This document shows, one piece after another, positions 1-7,438 of a DNA stretch of 24,016 nt. The DNA is taken from the IMG/VR virus record IMGVR_UViG_3300037991_003682, positions 1 to 24,016 of that record; one strand, 5' to 3'. Position 1 is the first letter of the stretch, and each line of letters starts with the position of its first letter. A program made the position numbers and the translations under genes. The notes under the pieces were generated by a model, which worked only from the letters and a program-made list of their open reading frames with translations, did no database searches and was not told the origin of the DNA. The DNA is from a virus. Lineage: Duplodnaviria > Caudoviricetes.

Positions 1-1541
1 ACCCCAATACCTGAAATTCTCTTAAGTTCCTGTAATAATAAATAGTACTTACTATTTTGTTTTTTATTTACTGTTTGTACTCTTGCACTTCCGTCTACAT
101 GAGTTATAGCAGGCATAGGTCTAACACCTTCTTTTACAGTTACTACTTGGTTCATATACGGTATAGGTTCTTTAATATTAAAAAGCTTATATGCATCTTT
201 TTCAATACATGATGGAGCAAAAGGTCTGAAGCCTTCTCTCTTCTTAATAACTTCATTTAATTTAGCTTTCATATTAGGTACTAAAGGAGAAGCTAATATA
301 CTTCTATTACCTAATGCTCTAGAACCAAACTCCATTCTACCTTGAAACCAACCTATTACATTACCGCTATTAATCAAATAAGCAGTTTTTTTAATAAGAT
401 CTTTATCAGATAAACTATAACTTTTTATTTTATTACCGTAAGTTTCTATAGTTCTCATTATTTCATAATCGTGGAATTTAGGTCCTAAGTACGGTGAAGT
501 GTTATCTTTACGAGGACCTTTATATTTTAATAAGCATGCTCCTATAGCAGATCCTGCATCTGAAGGATGGAAAGGGATATGAATGCTTCTAAAATACCTA
601 TATGCTTTAGAATTAGCTACTCCATTGTATGCACAACCTCCTCCTAAAACTAAATTTTTAGAATCACATAATAAAAAAGCATCTTTTACTAATCTTAAAA
701 ATTCTAATTCATATAATTTTTGACATGCTGCTGCTAAATCTTTATGTTCTTGTAATAATGGTTCTTCAGGTAATCTTGGTGGAATCCCAAGTAAGTTACA
801 GAACCTTTTGTTAAACATAATTCTATCATCATATTCCCAAGTAAAATATTTTTGTTTAATTTTAAATTTTTTATCAGTATGACTAAAAATAGTTTTTAAT
901 TTATTTAAGTAAACTCCTGGATTACCGTAAGGTGCTAATCCCATAACTTTGTATTCTCCTTCATTAGGTTTAAATCCTAAATAAGCAGTTAAAGTTGAAT
1001 ACAACATACCTAACGAATGAGGAAAGTTAATTGATAATTTTTTTTCTATATTTTCACCATCTCCTTTAGATATAGTAACTGTTTCCCATTCTCCTACTCC
1101 ATCCACAGTTAATATAGCAGCATTTTTATAAGGGCTAGTAAGATAACTAAAAGCAGCATGACTTAGATGATGATCTACGAAAGTTATTTTACCGTTATAA
1201 CCCCATTTTTTCCTTATAATATATTCAGGATTTTTTTCCTTTTTAAAGCTTTTTAAAAATTTTAGTCTATTAGAAAAGGTTCTGAAAGGTCTTTTATTAA
1301 ATATTCTTATAACTCTATCTTTTTTGATAGAAGGATTTTCGTACCAACATACTTCATCTACTTCATTTAAATCTATAATATTAGCCTCATATAAACACCA
1401 TTGTAAAGCTTTTTCCGGAAAACTACTATCATGCTTTAAACCTGTAAATCTTTCTTCTTCTGCTGCTACTATTACTTTGCCATCTTTTAACACACAAACT
1501 GCAGAATCATGATAAAATGCTGAAATTCCTACTTGAATCAT
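1..1541 (-). CDS. Carbamoyltransferase (NodU/CmcH/TobZ family), 3' end beyond the window edge; missing from the ORF track
   Basis: Manual translation from ATG at 1541 (ATGA overlap with the epimerase stop): MIQVGISAFYHDSAVCVLKDGKVIVAAEEERFTGLKHDSSFP. Internal motifs VDHHLSHA, TVDGVGEW, HSLGMLYS, GEYKVMGLAPYG, GGGCAYNGVAN, EFGSRALGNRSILA, KKREGFRPFAP and ITHVDGSARVQTV. The reading frame at the left edge matches the start frame. Confidence 0.93.
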   Translation of the reverse strand, partial: MIQVGISAFYHDSAVCVLKDGKVIVAAEEERFTGLKHDSSFPEKALQWCLYEANIIDLNEVDEVCWYENPSIKKDRVIRIFNKRPFRTFSNRLKFLKSFKKEKNPEYIIRKKWGYNGKITFVDHHLSHAAFSYLTSPYKNAAILTVDGVGEWETVTISKGDGENIEKKLSINFPHSLGMLYSTLTAYLGFKPNEGEYKVMGLAPYGNPGVYLNKLKTIFSHTDKKFKIKQKYFTWEYDDRIMFNKRFCNLLGIPPRLPEEPLLQEHKDLAAACQKLYELEFLRLVKDAFLLCDSKNLVLGGGCAYNGVANSKAYRYFRSIHIPFHPSDAGSAIGACLLKYKGPRKDNTSPYLGPKFHDYEIMRTIETYGNKIKSYSLSDKDLIKKTAYLINSGNVIGWFQGRMEFGSRALGNRSILASPLVPNMKAKLNEVIKKREGFRPFAPSCIEKDAYKLFNIKEPIPYMNQVVTVKEGVRPMPAITHVDGSARVQTVNKKQNSKYYLLLQELKRISGIG

Positions 1542-2392
1542 AAACTTTTAATATATTTTTCTAACCTATCTTGAGGATCATAACCTAACTTTCTTTGAGC
1601 ATCGTCGTTTATTTGTAAAGTAGAAGGATAATTACCTGCTTGGTCTGGTATATGTTTATATTTTGTTTTAAATTTCTTTCTAAACATCCCGTAAACTTCA
1701 TTTATAGAATAGTTTTTACCAGAACCTAATTCCCATGCATCTTTATGCTTTTCATTTTTCATTCCTATTCTCCATAATCCATCAACTATATCATCTACAT
1801 GAGTAAAATCTCTTTTTTGATTACCATCACCAACTATAGTTAAAGGTTTATTATTAGCTATTTGATTTCTCCAAATACCTATAACTGCTGCTCCATCATT
1901 ATCTTGATCTCCTATTATTTCATTAGGTCCGTAAACATTATAAAATCTTGCAATTTCAGCATTCACACCATACACTTCTTTATACATTTTAACTACTTCT
2001 TCTCCTAAGTACTTATACATTGCATATGGAGATTGATAAGGATTAAAATGTTTTGATGATGAGCCTGCATAAACTACTTTTGCATTATTTAATCTAGCCC
2101 ATTCCATTACTTTTTCAGTACCTAAAACGTTACTTTTGAAAGTTTCATCTGGTTTATTAAAAGATGGTTGTATTCGAGACAATGCAGCAAGGTGATAGAC
2201 GAGGTCTGCTTTAAAATCTATTGTATCTATATCATTTATATCAGCATACAAATAGTTAGCATGTGATACGGTATTTTCTTTTTTACCTGTTGATAGATTA
2301 TCTATTGAAACAACATAATGACCTTCTTCTATTAACCTATTAATTAAGTTAGAACCTATAAAACCATTACCTCCAGTTACTAAAATGTCCAT
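1538..2392 (-). CDS. NAD-dependent NDP-sugar epimerase/dehydratase (extended SDR)
   Basis: VTGGNGFIG Rossmann motif, HLAA, YAGSSS, catalytic YxxxK (YAMYK), RFYNVYGP, GDGNQKRDFTHVDD. Confidence 0.93.
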   Translation of the reverse strand: MDILVTGGNGFIGSNLINRLIEEGHYVVSIDNLSTGKKENTVSHANYLYADINDIDTIDFKADLVYHLAALSRIQPSFNKPDETFKSNVLGTEKVMEWARLNNAKVVYAGSSSKHFNPYQSPYAMYKYLGEEVVKMYKEVYGVNAEIARFYNVYGPNEIIGDQDNDGAAVIGIWRNQIANNKPLTIVGDGNQKRDFTHVDDIVDGLWRIGMKNEKHKDAWELGSGKNYSINEVYGMFRKKFKTKYKHIPDQAGNYPSTLQINDDAQRKLGYDPQDRLEKYIKSL

Positions 2393-2397
2393 TAATT

Positions 2398-2429
2398 AAA
2401 AATATAAAAATTATTTAAGAATACCAACT
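2398..2429 (-). promoter_or_regulatory. Putative promoter, class A variant (AGTTG-N18/20-TAT(A/T)TTT)
   Basis: Minus strand AAGTTGGTATTCTTAAATAATTTTTATATTTTTAATTAATG; imperfect copy of the motif found exactly at three other gene starts. Confidence 0.55.
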
Positions 2430-2433
2430 TTTT

Positions 2434-3483
2434 CTATATTAAAGTAGATTCAGTTTCATATAATTCATGAAAATTATGAACTATATTAGGTAAATCTTTT
2501 ATTTTATCTAACTCTAATAAAAAATCATTAAACAAAGGATGTTCTGGTTTAAAAACTTCTTTTTTCATCATTTCTTCATCAGTATAGGTGCCCCAGTTAA
2601 TTATTCTATTAGTTTTCACTTCCCATTTTACAGGAGTTTTTCTTTTTTTAAAGTAAGATTCAATTAATCTATAATAATCATACATTTCTTTATAGTTAGA
2701 ATCTTGAACTACAAAAGAAAAGCAATACCATTTTATAGTAGGTATCTGAGTAATAAAATCTAATCTTTCTAAAATAGTTTCCCACTTACCTCCTATTCTA
2801 GTTTTATTTTCATACGTATCTTTAGTAGCAGCATCTACAGATATTTCACAAGATGTTACAAATTTATGAATACCTTTCATTCTATTCCATAAATTTTCAG
2901 TCCATAAACTACCATTAGTATGTAAATGCATACTTTCTAATTTTTTATATTTATGTGCTGGTAATTCAATCATAAATTTTCTAAAAGAGTTACTAAAGAA
3001 AGGATCTGCTGCTCCACTTAAATAAAGCCTTTTAACGAAAGGAGAAAGTTCTTCATTTACTTCTTTTAATTTCTTTTCTACCATTTCTCTTTCTTCACCC
3101 TTATACATAACAAAATCTAATCTACAAGAAGGACAAGCATAATTACAACTTCTATCAAAAGAAAAATTAACTGTATGAGGACCTTCAATACTTTTTATCA
3201 TATTGATATTCTCAGATGTCTTAGGTAAAAATCTTTTAGAAATTTTATTATTTTTAAGTTCTGCTAAATAAGGGCATTGTAATTCATCACAGAATTTATA
3301 CGAACCGTCTAATATAGAATCTCTCACTTCTTGAGCTTTAGAAGATCTAAAATTTCCTTTTATTCCTAAACCTTGTTCTATATCTACAGGTAACCAAGAA
3401 GGGCAACATAACCATTGATCTTTATCATGAACTTCAGTATACCTAAAAGGTGCTGTACAAATATAATCTGATTTACTTATCAA
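2434..3483 (-). CDS. Radical SAM protein with N-terminal Cys-rich (SPASM/twitch-like) auxiliary region
   Basis: CxxxCxxC (CNYACPSC), SGAADPF (GGEP-like), HTNG, ISVDAA. Additional N-terminal cysteines in CTAPF, CCPSW and FCDELQCP. ATGA overlap with the upstream gene. Confidence 0.88.
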   Translation of the reverse strand: MISKSDYICTAPFRYTEVHDKDQWLCCPSWLPVDIEQGLGIKGNFRSSKAQEVRDSILDGSYKFCDELQCPYLAELKNNKISKRFLPKTSENINMIKSIEGPHTVNFSFDRSCNYACPSCRLDFVMYKGEEREMVEKKLKEVNEELSPFVKRLYLSGAADPFFSNSFRKFMIELPAHKYKKLESMHLHTNGSLWTENLWNRMKGIHKFVTSCEISVDAATKDTYENKTRIGGKWETILERLDFITQIPTIKWYCFSFVVQDSNYKEMYDYYRLIESYFKKRKTPVKWEVKTNRIINWGTYTDEEMMKKEVFKPEHPLFNDFLLELDKIKDLPNIVHNFHELYETESTLI

Positions 3484-4112
3484 AACGTAGATTTCTTTTT
3501 ATTATCTAATGTAGTACTTGTTTGTTCAAATACTCTATACCTAAATTTAGGGTTTAGTTTATAAAACGAATCATTTTTATATGAATCTTTATATTTAACA
3601 TCTAAGTACTTAAATAAATATTTTAAACCTTTATTATCTTTAGAAAATAAATCTTCATAATAAAAAATTGGTAATTGAGCTGTTTTTGATATTTCTTCTA
3701 AATTTTTATTAGCTTGTTTTATAATTCGTATCTGTTCATTTATCTCTTTATCAGTTAAGTTTGCTAATTTATCTTTATACGGTTCATGCCATTTATTAGT
3801 AGATTGAGAATATTTCCATGCATGAGCATAACTTATAGCTTGTTCCTTAGTATCTTTTCTAGTAATTAATATTATTTTATCAAAATAAAATGTAGACTGT
3901 AAATGAAAATCTAAAGATGCATGACTTATTACATTATCTACTATATATTTACTTGGTAAATATTTTAAATAGAATAAATTAGGTTCTCTAGATCTACCTT
4001 CAGTTTTAACCATAAAAGGTTCTTCTACAGACCCACAATGTAGTATTTTGCTTAATGCTCTTGTAAGAGCTCTACTACCAACTCTACCTGTATGTATTAA
4101 TAATATTTTCAT
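3480..4112 (-). CDS. Sulfotransferase-like P-loop protein (Stf0/PAPS-dependent type)
   Basis: HTGRVGSRAL resembles the 5'-PSB loop; also EEPF, ILITRKDTKEQAISY (3'-PB-like) and YYEDLF. Start reassigned to MKILLIH at 4112 because the 4127 start lies inside a terminator hairpin. Confidence 0.65.
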   Translation of the reverse strand: MKILLIHTGRVGSRALTRALSKILHCGSVEEPFMVKTEGRSREPNLFYLKYLPSKYIVDNVISHASLDFHLQSTFYFDKIILITRKDTKEQAISYAHAWKYSQSTNKWHEPYKDKLANLTDKEINEQIRIIKQANKNLEEISKTAQLPIFYYEDLFSKDNKGLKYLFKYLDVKYKDSYKNDSFYKLNPKFRYRVFEQTSTTLDNKKKSTF

Positions 4113-4137
4113 AAAAAAAAGCCGCACAAGGCGGCTT
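4113..4137 (-). terminator. Intrinsic terminator after queC
   Basis: Minus strand AAGCCGC-CTTGT-GCGGCTT running into a T8 tract, 6 nt after the queC stop. Confidence 0.8.
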
Positions 4138-4143
4138 CTTTAT

Positions 4144-4938
4144 TTATCCCGCATACTGGGCTAACAATTTCTCTACATGTGCTTTCGCAGTACCATATTC
4201 AACTGCTCCAGTTTCATCCTCATATTGTACAGGGTCGTCCACACCAAGGTTGATAAATGCTTCAATCCTTTCAACAGATGAAGCTGATTTATAGTCACTA
4301 TTGCCGCTAGGATAGGGCTTGTAAGAAGTATTAGTACGTTTGTAAACTTCATTAAACTCAATTCCAAGCTTTCCAACCAATTCTTGTCCATCTTTTAAAA
4401 TTCCTAATTTATCAGTTTCTAAGTAAGGAGTAAAGTACCCCACTTTATCTGCTTCCCAGTTACCTATTCTAAAGGCAGCATCGTCAGCATCTCTAAATTC
4501 TTGTCTACAGTCAGGGTAAATAGCATGATCTCCAGCATGAATACCTAAAGCTATATCTGTTTCATTACCGTTAGCATTAGCTGCTGATAAAGCAACTGCT
4601 TGAGTTAACGAAGCAAATATTTTATTCCTATTAGGAACAACAGTAGCTTTCATATTATCTTCTTCATAATGACCTTCTGGTACGTCTTCACCTCCTTCCA
4701 CCAGATTCGAATTTAGTAAATTAACTAAACCATCAAGTTTAATTACTTGATATTTAACTTGTAAGCCATTCTCTTGTAAATAATCTACTAAAGATTGAGC
4801 TCTTTCAAGTTCTACTCTATGCTTTTGACCGTAATCAAAAGATAAAGCTGTAACATTATCATACTCTGATAAACATCTGAGTAACAACGTTGAGGAGTCC
4901 ATCCCTCCACTTAGACTTACTACGACATTTTTTGCCAT
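4144..4938 (-). CDS. queC: 7-cyano-7-deazaguanine synthase QueC (variant lacking the Zn-binding cysteines)
   Basis: SLSGGMDS PP-loop, FDYGQKH, ELERA, VVPNRN, HAGDHAIYPDCR. Confidence 0.9.
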   Translation of the reverse strand: MAKNVVVSLSGGMDSSTLLLRCLSEYDNVTALSFDYGQKHRVELERAQSLVDYLQENGLQVKYQVIKLDGLVNLLNSNLVEGGEDVPEGHYEEDNMKATVVPNRNKIFASLTQAVALSAANANGNETDIALGIHAGDHAIYPDCRQEFRDADDAAFRIGNWEADKVGYFTPYLETDKLGILKDGQELVGKLGIEFNEVYKRTNTSYKPYPSGNSDYKSASSVERIEAFINLGVDDPVQYEDETGAVEYGTAKAHVEKLLAQYAG

Positions 4939-5155
4939 GATTAATAAAAATTAAAATGACTATCATATTTAATGCTCTACCAAATGTAGAAGGATAACCA
5001 ACTACTCTTAAATATTTTTTGTTATTAGCTCCTTTAGTTACTCTTTCAAAAACTGTGAATTCATGAGTAGCTGAACGAGTCATAAAGTAAGGTTCCATTG
5101 CTGGATCTTCGATAATAGTATCTTTTTTTGATAGACTATTAGGATTTCGTAACAT
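4859..5155 (-). CDS. Small hypothetical phage protein, possibly truncated; its frame runs 80 nt into queC
   Basis: ATG 3 nt after the thioredoxin stop; the first ~64 codons have normal composition. The frame then reads through an intergenic-like T/A tract (4939-4957) and out of frame across the queC start. Confidence 0.6.
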   Translation of the reverse strand: MLRNPNSLSKKDTIIEDPAMEPYFMTRSATHEFTVFERVTKGANNKKYLRVVGYPSTFGRALNMIVILIFINHGKKCRSKSKWRDGLLNVVTQMFIRV

Positions 5156-5158
5156 ATA

Positions 5159-5416
5159 TTAATCTAAAATAAAACTTTTTAATTCACTGGATGTAAGTAG
5201 ACCTGTTTTGCTTTTAACTTTTTCACCTTCAACAACAACAGTAAAAGGTATGCTTCTAACATTATAGTTAGCAGCTAAACCAGTAGTATCTTTATCAACG
5301 TTAATATCTAAAAATTCGATTTCACCATCTTTTAACTCTTCTACTACCTTATTCCATTGAGATTTATAGGTTTGACAAGGTCCACACCAATCAGCATAAA
5401 ATTTAATTACTTGCAT
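5159..5416 (-). CDS. trxA: Thioredoxin
   Basis: KFYADWCGPC active site, INVD, VRSIP cis-Pro motif; 85 aa. Confidence 0.93.
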   Translation of the reverse strand: MQVIKFYADWCGPCQTYKSQWNKVVEELKDGEIEFLDINVDKDTTGLAANYNVRSIPFTVVVEGEKVKSKTGLLTSSELKSFILD

Positions 5417-5422
5417 ATATTA

Positions 5423-5454
5423 TAATATAATAAAAAAGCTGCAGAAATGCAACT
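5423..5454 (-). promoter_or_regulatory. Putative promoter, class A (AGTTG-N20-TATATTA)
   Basis: Exact match of the motif also at 15087-15118 and 16928-16959; lies 6 nt upstream of the trxA ATG. Confidence 0.7.
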
Positions 5455-5457
5455 TTT
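5432..5457 (-). terminator. Putative intrinsic terminator overlapping the trxA promoter
   Basis: Minus strand AAAAGTTGCA-TTTC-TGCAGCTTTTTT (one G-U pair, T6 tail), directly after the stop of the 134-aa gene. Confidence 0.6.
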
Positions 5458-5459
5458 AT

Positions 5460-5864
5460 TTAAAATTTATTAGCTTGTTTTATATCTTCTATAGCTTCTT
5501 GAACTTCATCAAGAGTTGCTGGAAATAATAGGTCTAAACCTGCTTTGAATGTTTCTTCTTTTATACCGTCTTTAAATATAATTAAAGTAGGTGCCATTCT
5601 TACTCTATATTCTTTTTTAGCATTAGGTGCTTTAGCAATATCAACTCTATAGTACGTAACTCCTTGTAATTTATCCCAATCAGCAAAAGCATTAACTTCA
5701 TTAAACTTTGCCCAAAATTCTATAACTACTATATCTCCAGTTTCATCATCATCAAAAGCATGTTTAGCAGTTAATGAATCTTCAAAATTAGAATCATCTA
5801 TCCAAGTTTGAGAAAATGAAGTGAATGGTATATACAGTAGAAAAATAAGAATAAACTTTTTCAT
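5460..5864 (-). CDS. Exported thioredoxin-fold protein lacking CxxC
   Basis: Signal peptide MKKFILIFLLYIPFTSFS|Q. Trx-like elements VVIEFWAKFN, YRVDI and YRVRMAPTLIIFKDG. The protein has no cysteine. Confidence 0.8.
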   Translation of the reverse strand: MKKFILIFLLYIPFTSFSQTWIDDSNFEDSLTAKHAFDDDETGDIVVIEFWAKFNEVNAFADWDKLQGVTYYRVDIAKAPNAKKEYRVRMAPTLIIFKDGIKEETFKAGLDLLFPATLDEVQEAIEDIKQANKF

Positions 5865-5869
5865 ATTAA

Positions 5870-6151
5870 CTATTTTCTTTGTAACTCATATAGACGCTCA
5901 TCGATTTTATCTAATTGTTCTTTTATCTCTTCGACATCATCTTGAGTATCCATAATAGTTTGACGAATTAATTCATCTTTTAAATCATATTCTGTTCTAT
6001 CGATAACTGGTAAAGGTAATTCTTTAGCTTCTTGTATATCAGCTTGCAAAGCGAACCACATACCAACTAAGGATGCTATACCAACTGCAAGCATCCCTAT
6101 GGTTTTTAAGTCTAATGTTACTTTAGTATCTTCGCCTATTTGCTTTGCCAT
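5870..6151 (-). CDS. Small bitopic membrane protein with C-terminal coiled coil
   Basis: One hydrophobic helix (TIGMLAVGIASLVGMWFAL) followed by heptad-like acidic tail (VEEIKEQLDKIDERLYEL); start overlaps the upstream stop (TAATG). Confidence 0.75.
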   Translation of the reverse strand: MAKQIGEDTKVTLDLKTIGMLAVGIASLVGMWFALQADIQEAKELPLPVIDRTEYDLKDELIRQTIMDTQDDVEEIKEQLDKIDERLYELQRK

Positions 6152-7389
6152 TATCTAAATGTAAAGTTTATACCAAAAGTACTGTTAAAGAATTTAGTAT
6201 CCCAGAATCTAGTATATTCACCAGATGCAAATACTCCAATGTTTTTACCTACTTTCCAACCGAAATTAACTCCAGCTTGAAAATCAGTCCATTGTTCATC
6301 TTCTGCATCTTTTATTAATCCTCCTTTACCCCAGTTATTTCTGTTTAAATAATTGAAGTCAGAGTCCCCAGCTACATATCTGTGATAAGGGGGTAGGTAA
6401 TTTCCATATCCATGAAACCAAAAGTTTCCTTTATAATGATAAAAATCCATTCCTATGATTGGAGATAAAACACCGTAAGGCTCTAATTCATCCCAAATAT
6501 CATTATTAAATACGTTAATTAAGTCTCTAAATATTGTATTTCTAAAATCTAAATCTGAGTAAGCAACTATATTTCCATCTTCATCTCTCCAAATATAATC
6601 AAATGTTTCTTCACCAGTTTGTAAATCAGTATAAGTTGTTGCGTGGTCAGTATATCCATATTCATAACCTAAAGAGTACCAAGGATTAGCAGGATATTCT
6701 ACTCCATCTATAATTTCAGTTTCATTTAACCATATTTCTATAGGATTATATCCATAAGCTCTTTGGTGTGTTCTATATATTGCACCAGCACTTATACTAA
6801 ACTTCTTACCTATTGGTAATCTACCTCTTAATTCAGCTGATTGATAATTAAAGTCAAAAGCTCCTATACTTCTAGATTCTAATTTAACTATATGATGCTT
6901 ACCTGTATGTCTTAAGAAAAATCTCCAGTTATTCCATTCTTCACCTCTTAATCTTTCTTTTTCATAATGTAAAAGATATTCGAATCCTTTTACTGCAGAA
7001 GTAGGTGCTGTTAAAGCTTGTGCATTCTCTCTTAATTGATTACCAGTCCAAAAATTATCAGGTTTTCTTTCATAATCGAATCTACCTAATTTTCTAATTC
7101 CGATTCCATATCTGTAATCAAATGGAAAATATTCAGTTACTTCTATTACTCTAGGTACAGAGTATAAATCACCATCTGGTGGTCTTTGTACGAAATAATC
7201 TTTTCTTGAATTCTGATAAGCGTTTCTAATATCGCCGGCAGCATAAAACGTTCCATATTTTAAGAAATCATTATAAAATTCTTTGAAGAAATTCTTTTTT
7301 GGTTTCTTAACTTCATTGGATACCGTTTGAGCATCAATTGTACTTACAGAGATTAAACCTATAAGACAAGTAAGTAGTAATTTTTTCAT
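6151..7389 (-). CDS. Putative outer-membrane beta-barrel protein
   Basis: Signal peptide MKKLLLTCLIGLISVSTIDA|Q. Many alternating amphipathic aromatic strands (YRYGIGIRK, FSISAGAIYR, IIGMDFYHY, FQAGVNFGWKV, IGVFASGEY). C-terminal beta-signal-like STFGINFTFR. Confidence 0.7.
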   Translation of the reverse strand: MKKLLLTCLIGLISVSTIDAQTVSNEVKKPKKNFFKEFYNDFLKYGTFYAAGDIRNAYQNSRKDYFVQRPPDGDLYSVPRVIEVTEYFPFDYRYGIGIRKLGRFDYERKPDNFWTGNQLRENAQALTAPTSAVKGFEYLLHYEKERLRGEEWNNWRFFLRHTGKHHIVKLESRSIGAFDFNYQSAELRGRLPIGKKFSISAGAIYRTHQRAYGYNPIEIWLNETEIIDGVEYPANPWYSLGYEYGYTDHATTYTDLQTGEETFDYIWRDEDGNIVAYSDLDFRNTIFRDLINVFNNDIWDELEPYGVLSPIIGMDFYHYKGNFWFHGYGNYLPPYHRYVAGDSDFNYLNRNNWGKGGLIKDAEDEQWTDFQAGVNFGWKVGKNIGVFASGEYTRFWDTKFFNSTFGINFTFR

Positions 7390-7412
7390 AATAAATTTAA
7401 GGTGTTGTTAAA

Positions 7413-7421
7413 TATAAATAG
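7413..7421 (-). promoter_or_regulatory. Putative promoter, class B (CTATTTATA; likely late)
   Basis: Same motif upstream of the genes starting at 8017 and 22946; preceded by a small hairpin GGTGA-ATT-TCATC. Confidence 0.6.
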
Positions 7422-7438
7422 ATGAAATTCACCGAATC

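Noticed and set aside
1324-1512. 62-aa + strand ORF in the track
   Set aside because: Antisense shadow of the carbamoyltransferase gene, which has clear family motifs.
4113-4127. Upstream start (MRLFF) for the sulfotransferase-like gene
   Set aside because: The alternative start codon lies within the terminator hairpin and T-tract; the ATG at 4112 is more plausible.
4939-4965. preQ1 riboswitch upstream of queC
   Set aside because: No preQ1 stem-loop with A-rich tail is present; only a T/A tract precedes the ATG.
5870-6151. Calling the 93-aa protein a holin or i-spanin
   Set aside because: Topology is compatible, but there is no adjacent endolysin or lipoprotein o-spanin, so it was left unassigned.
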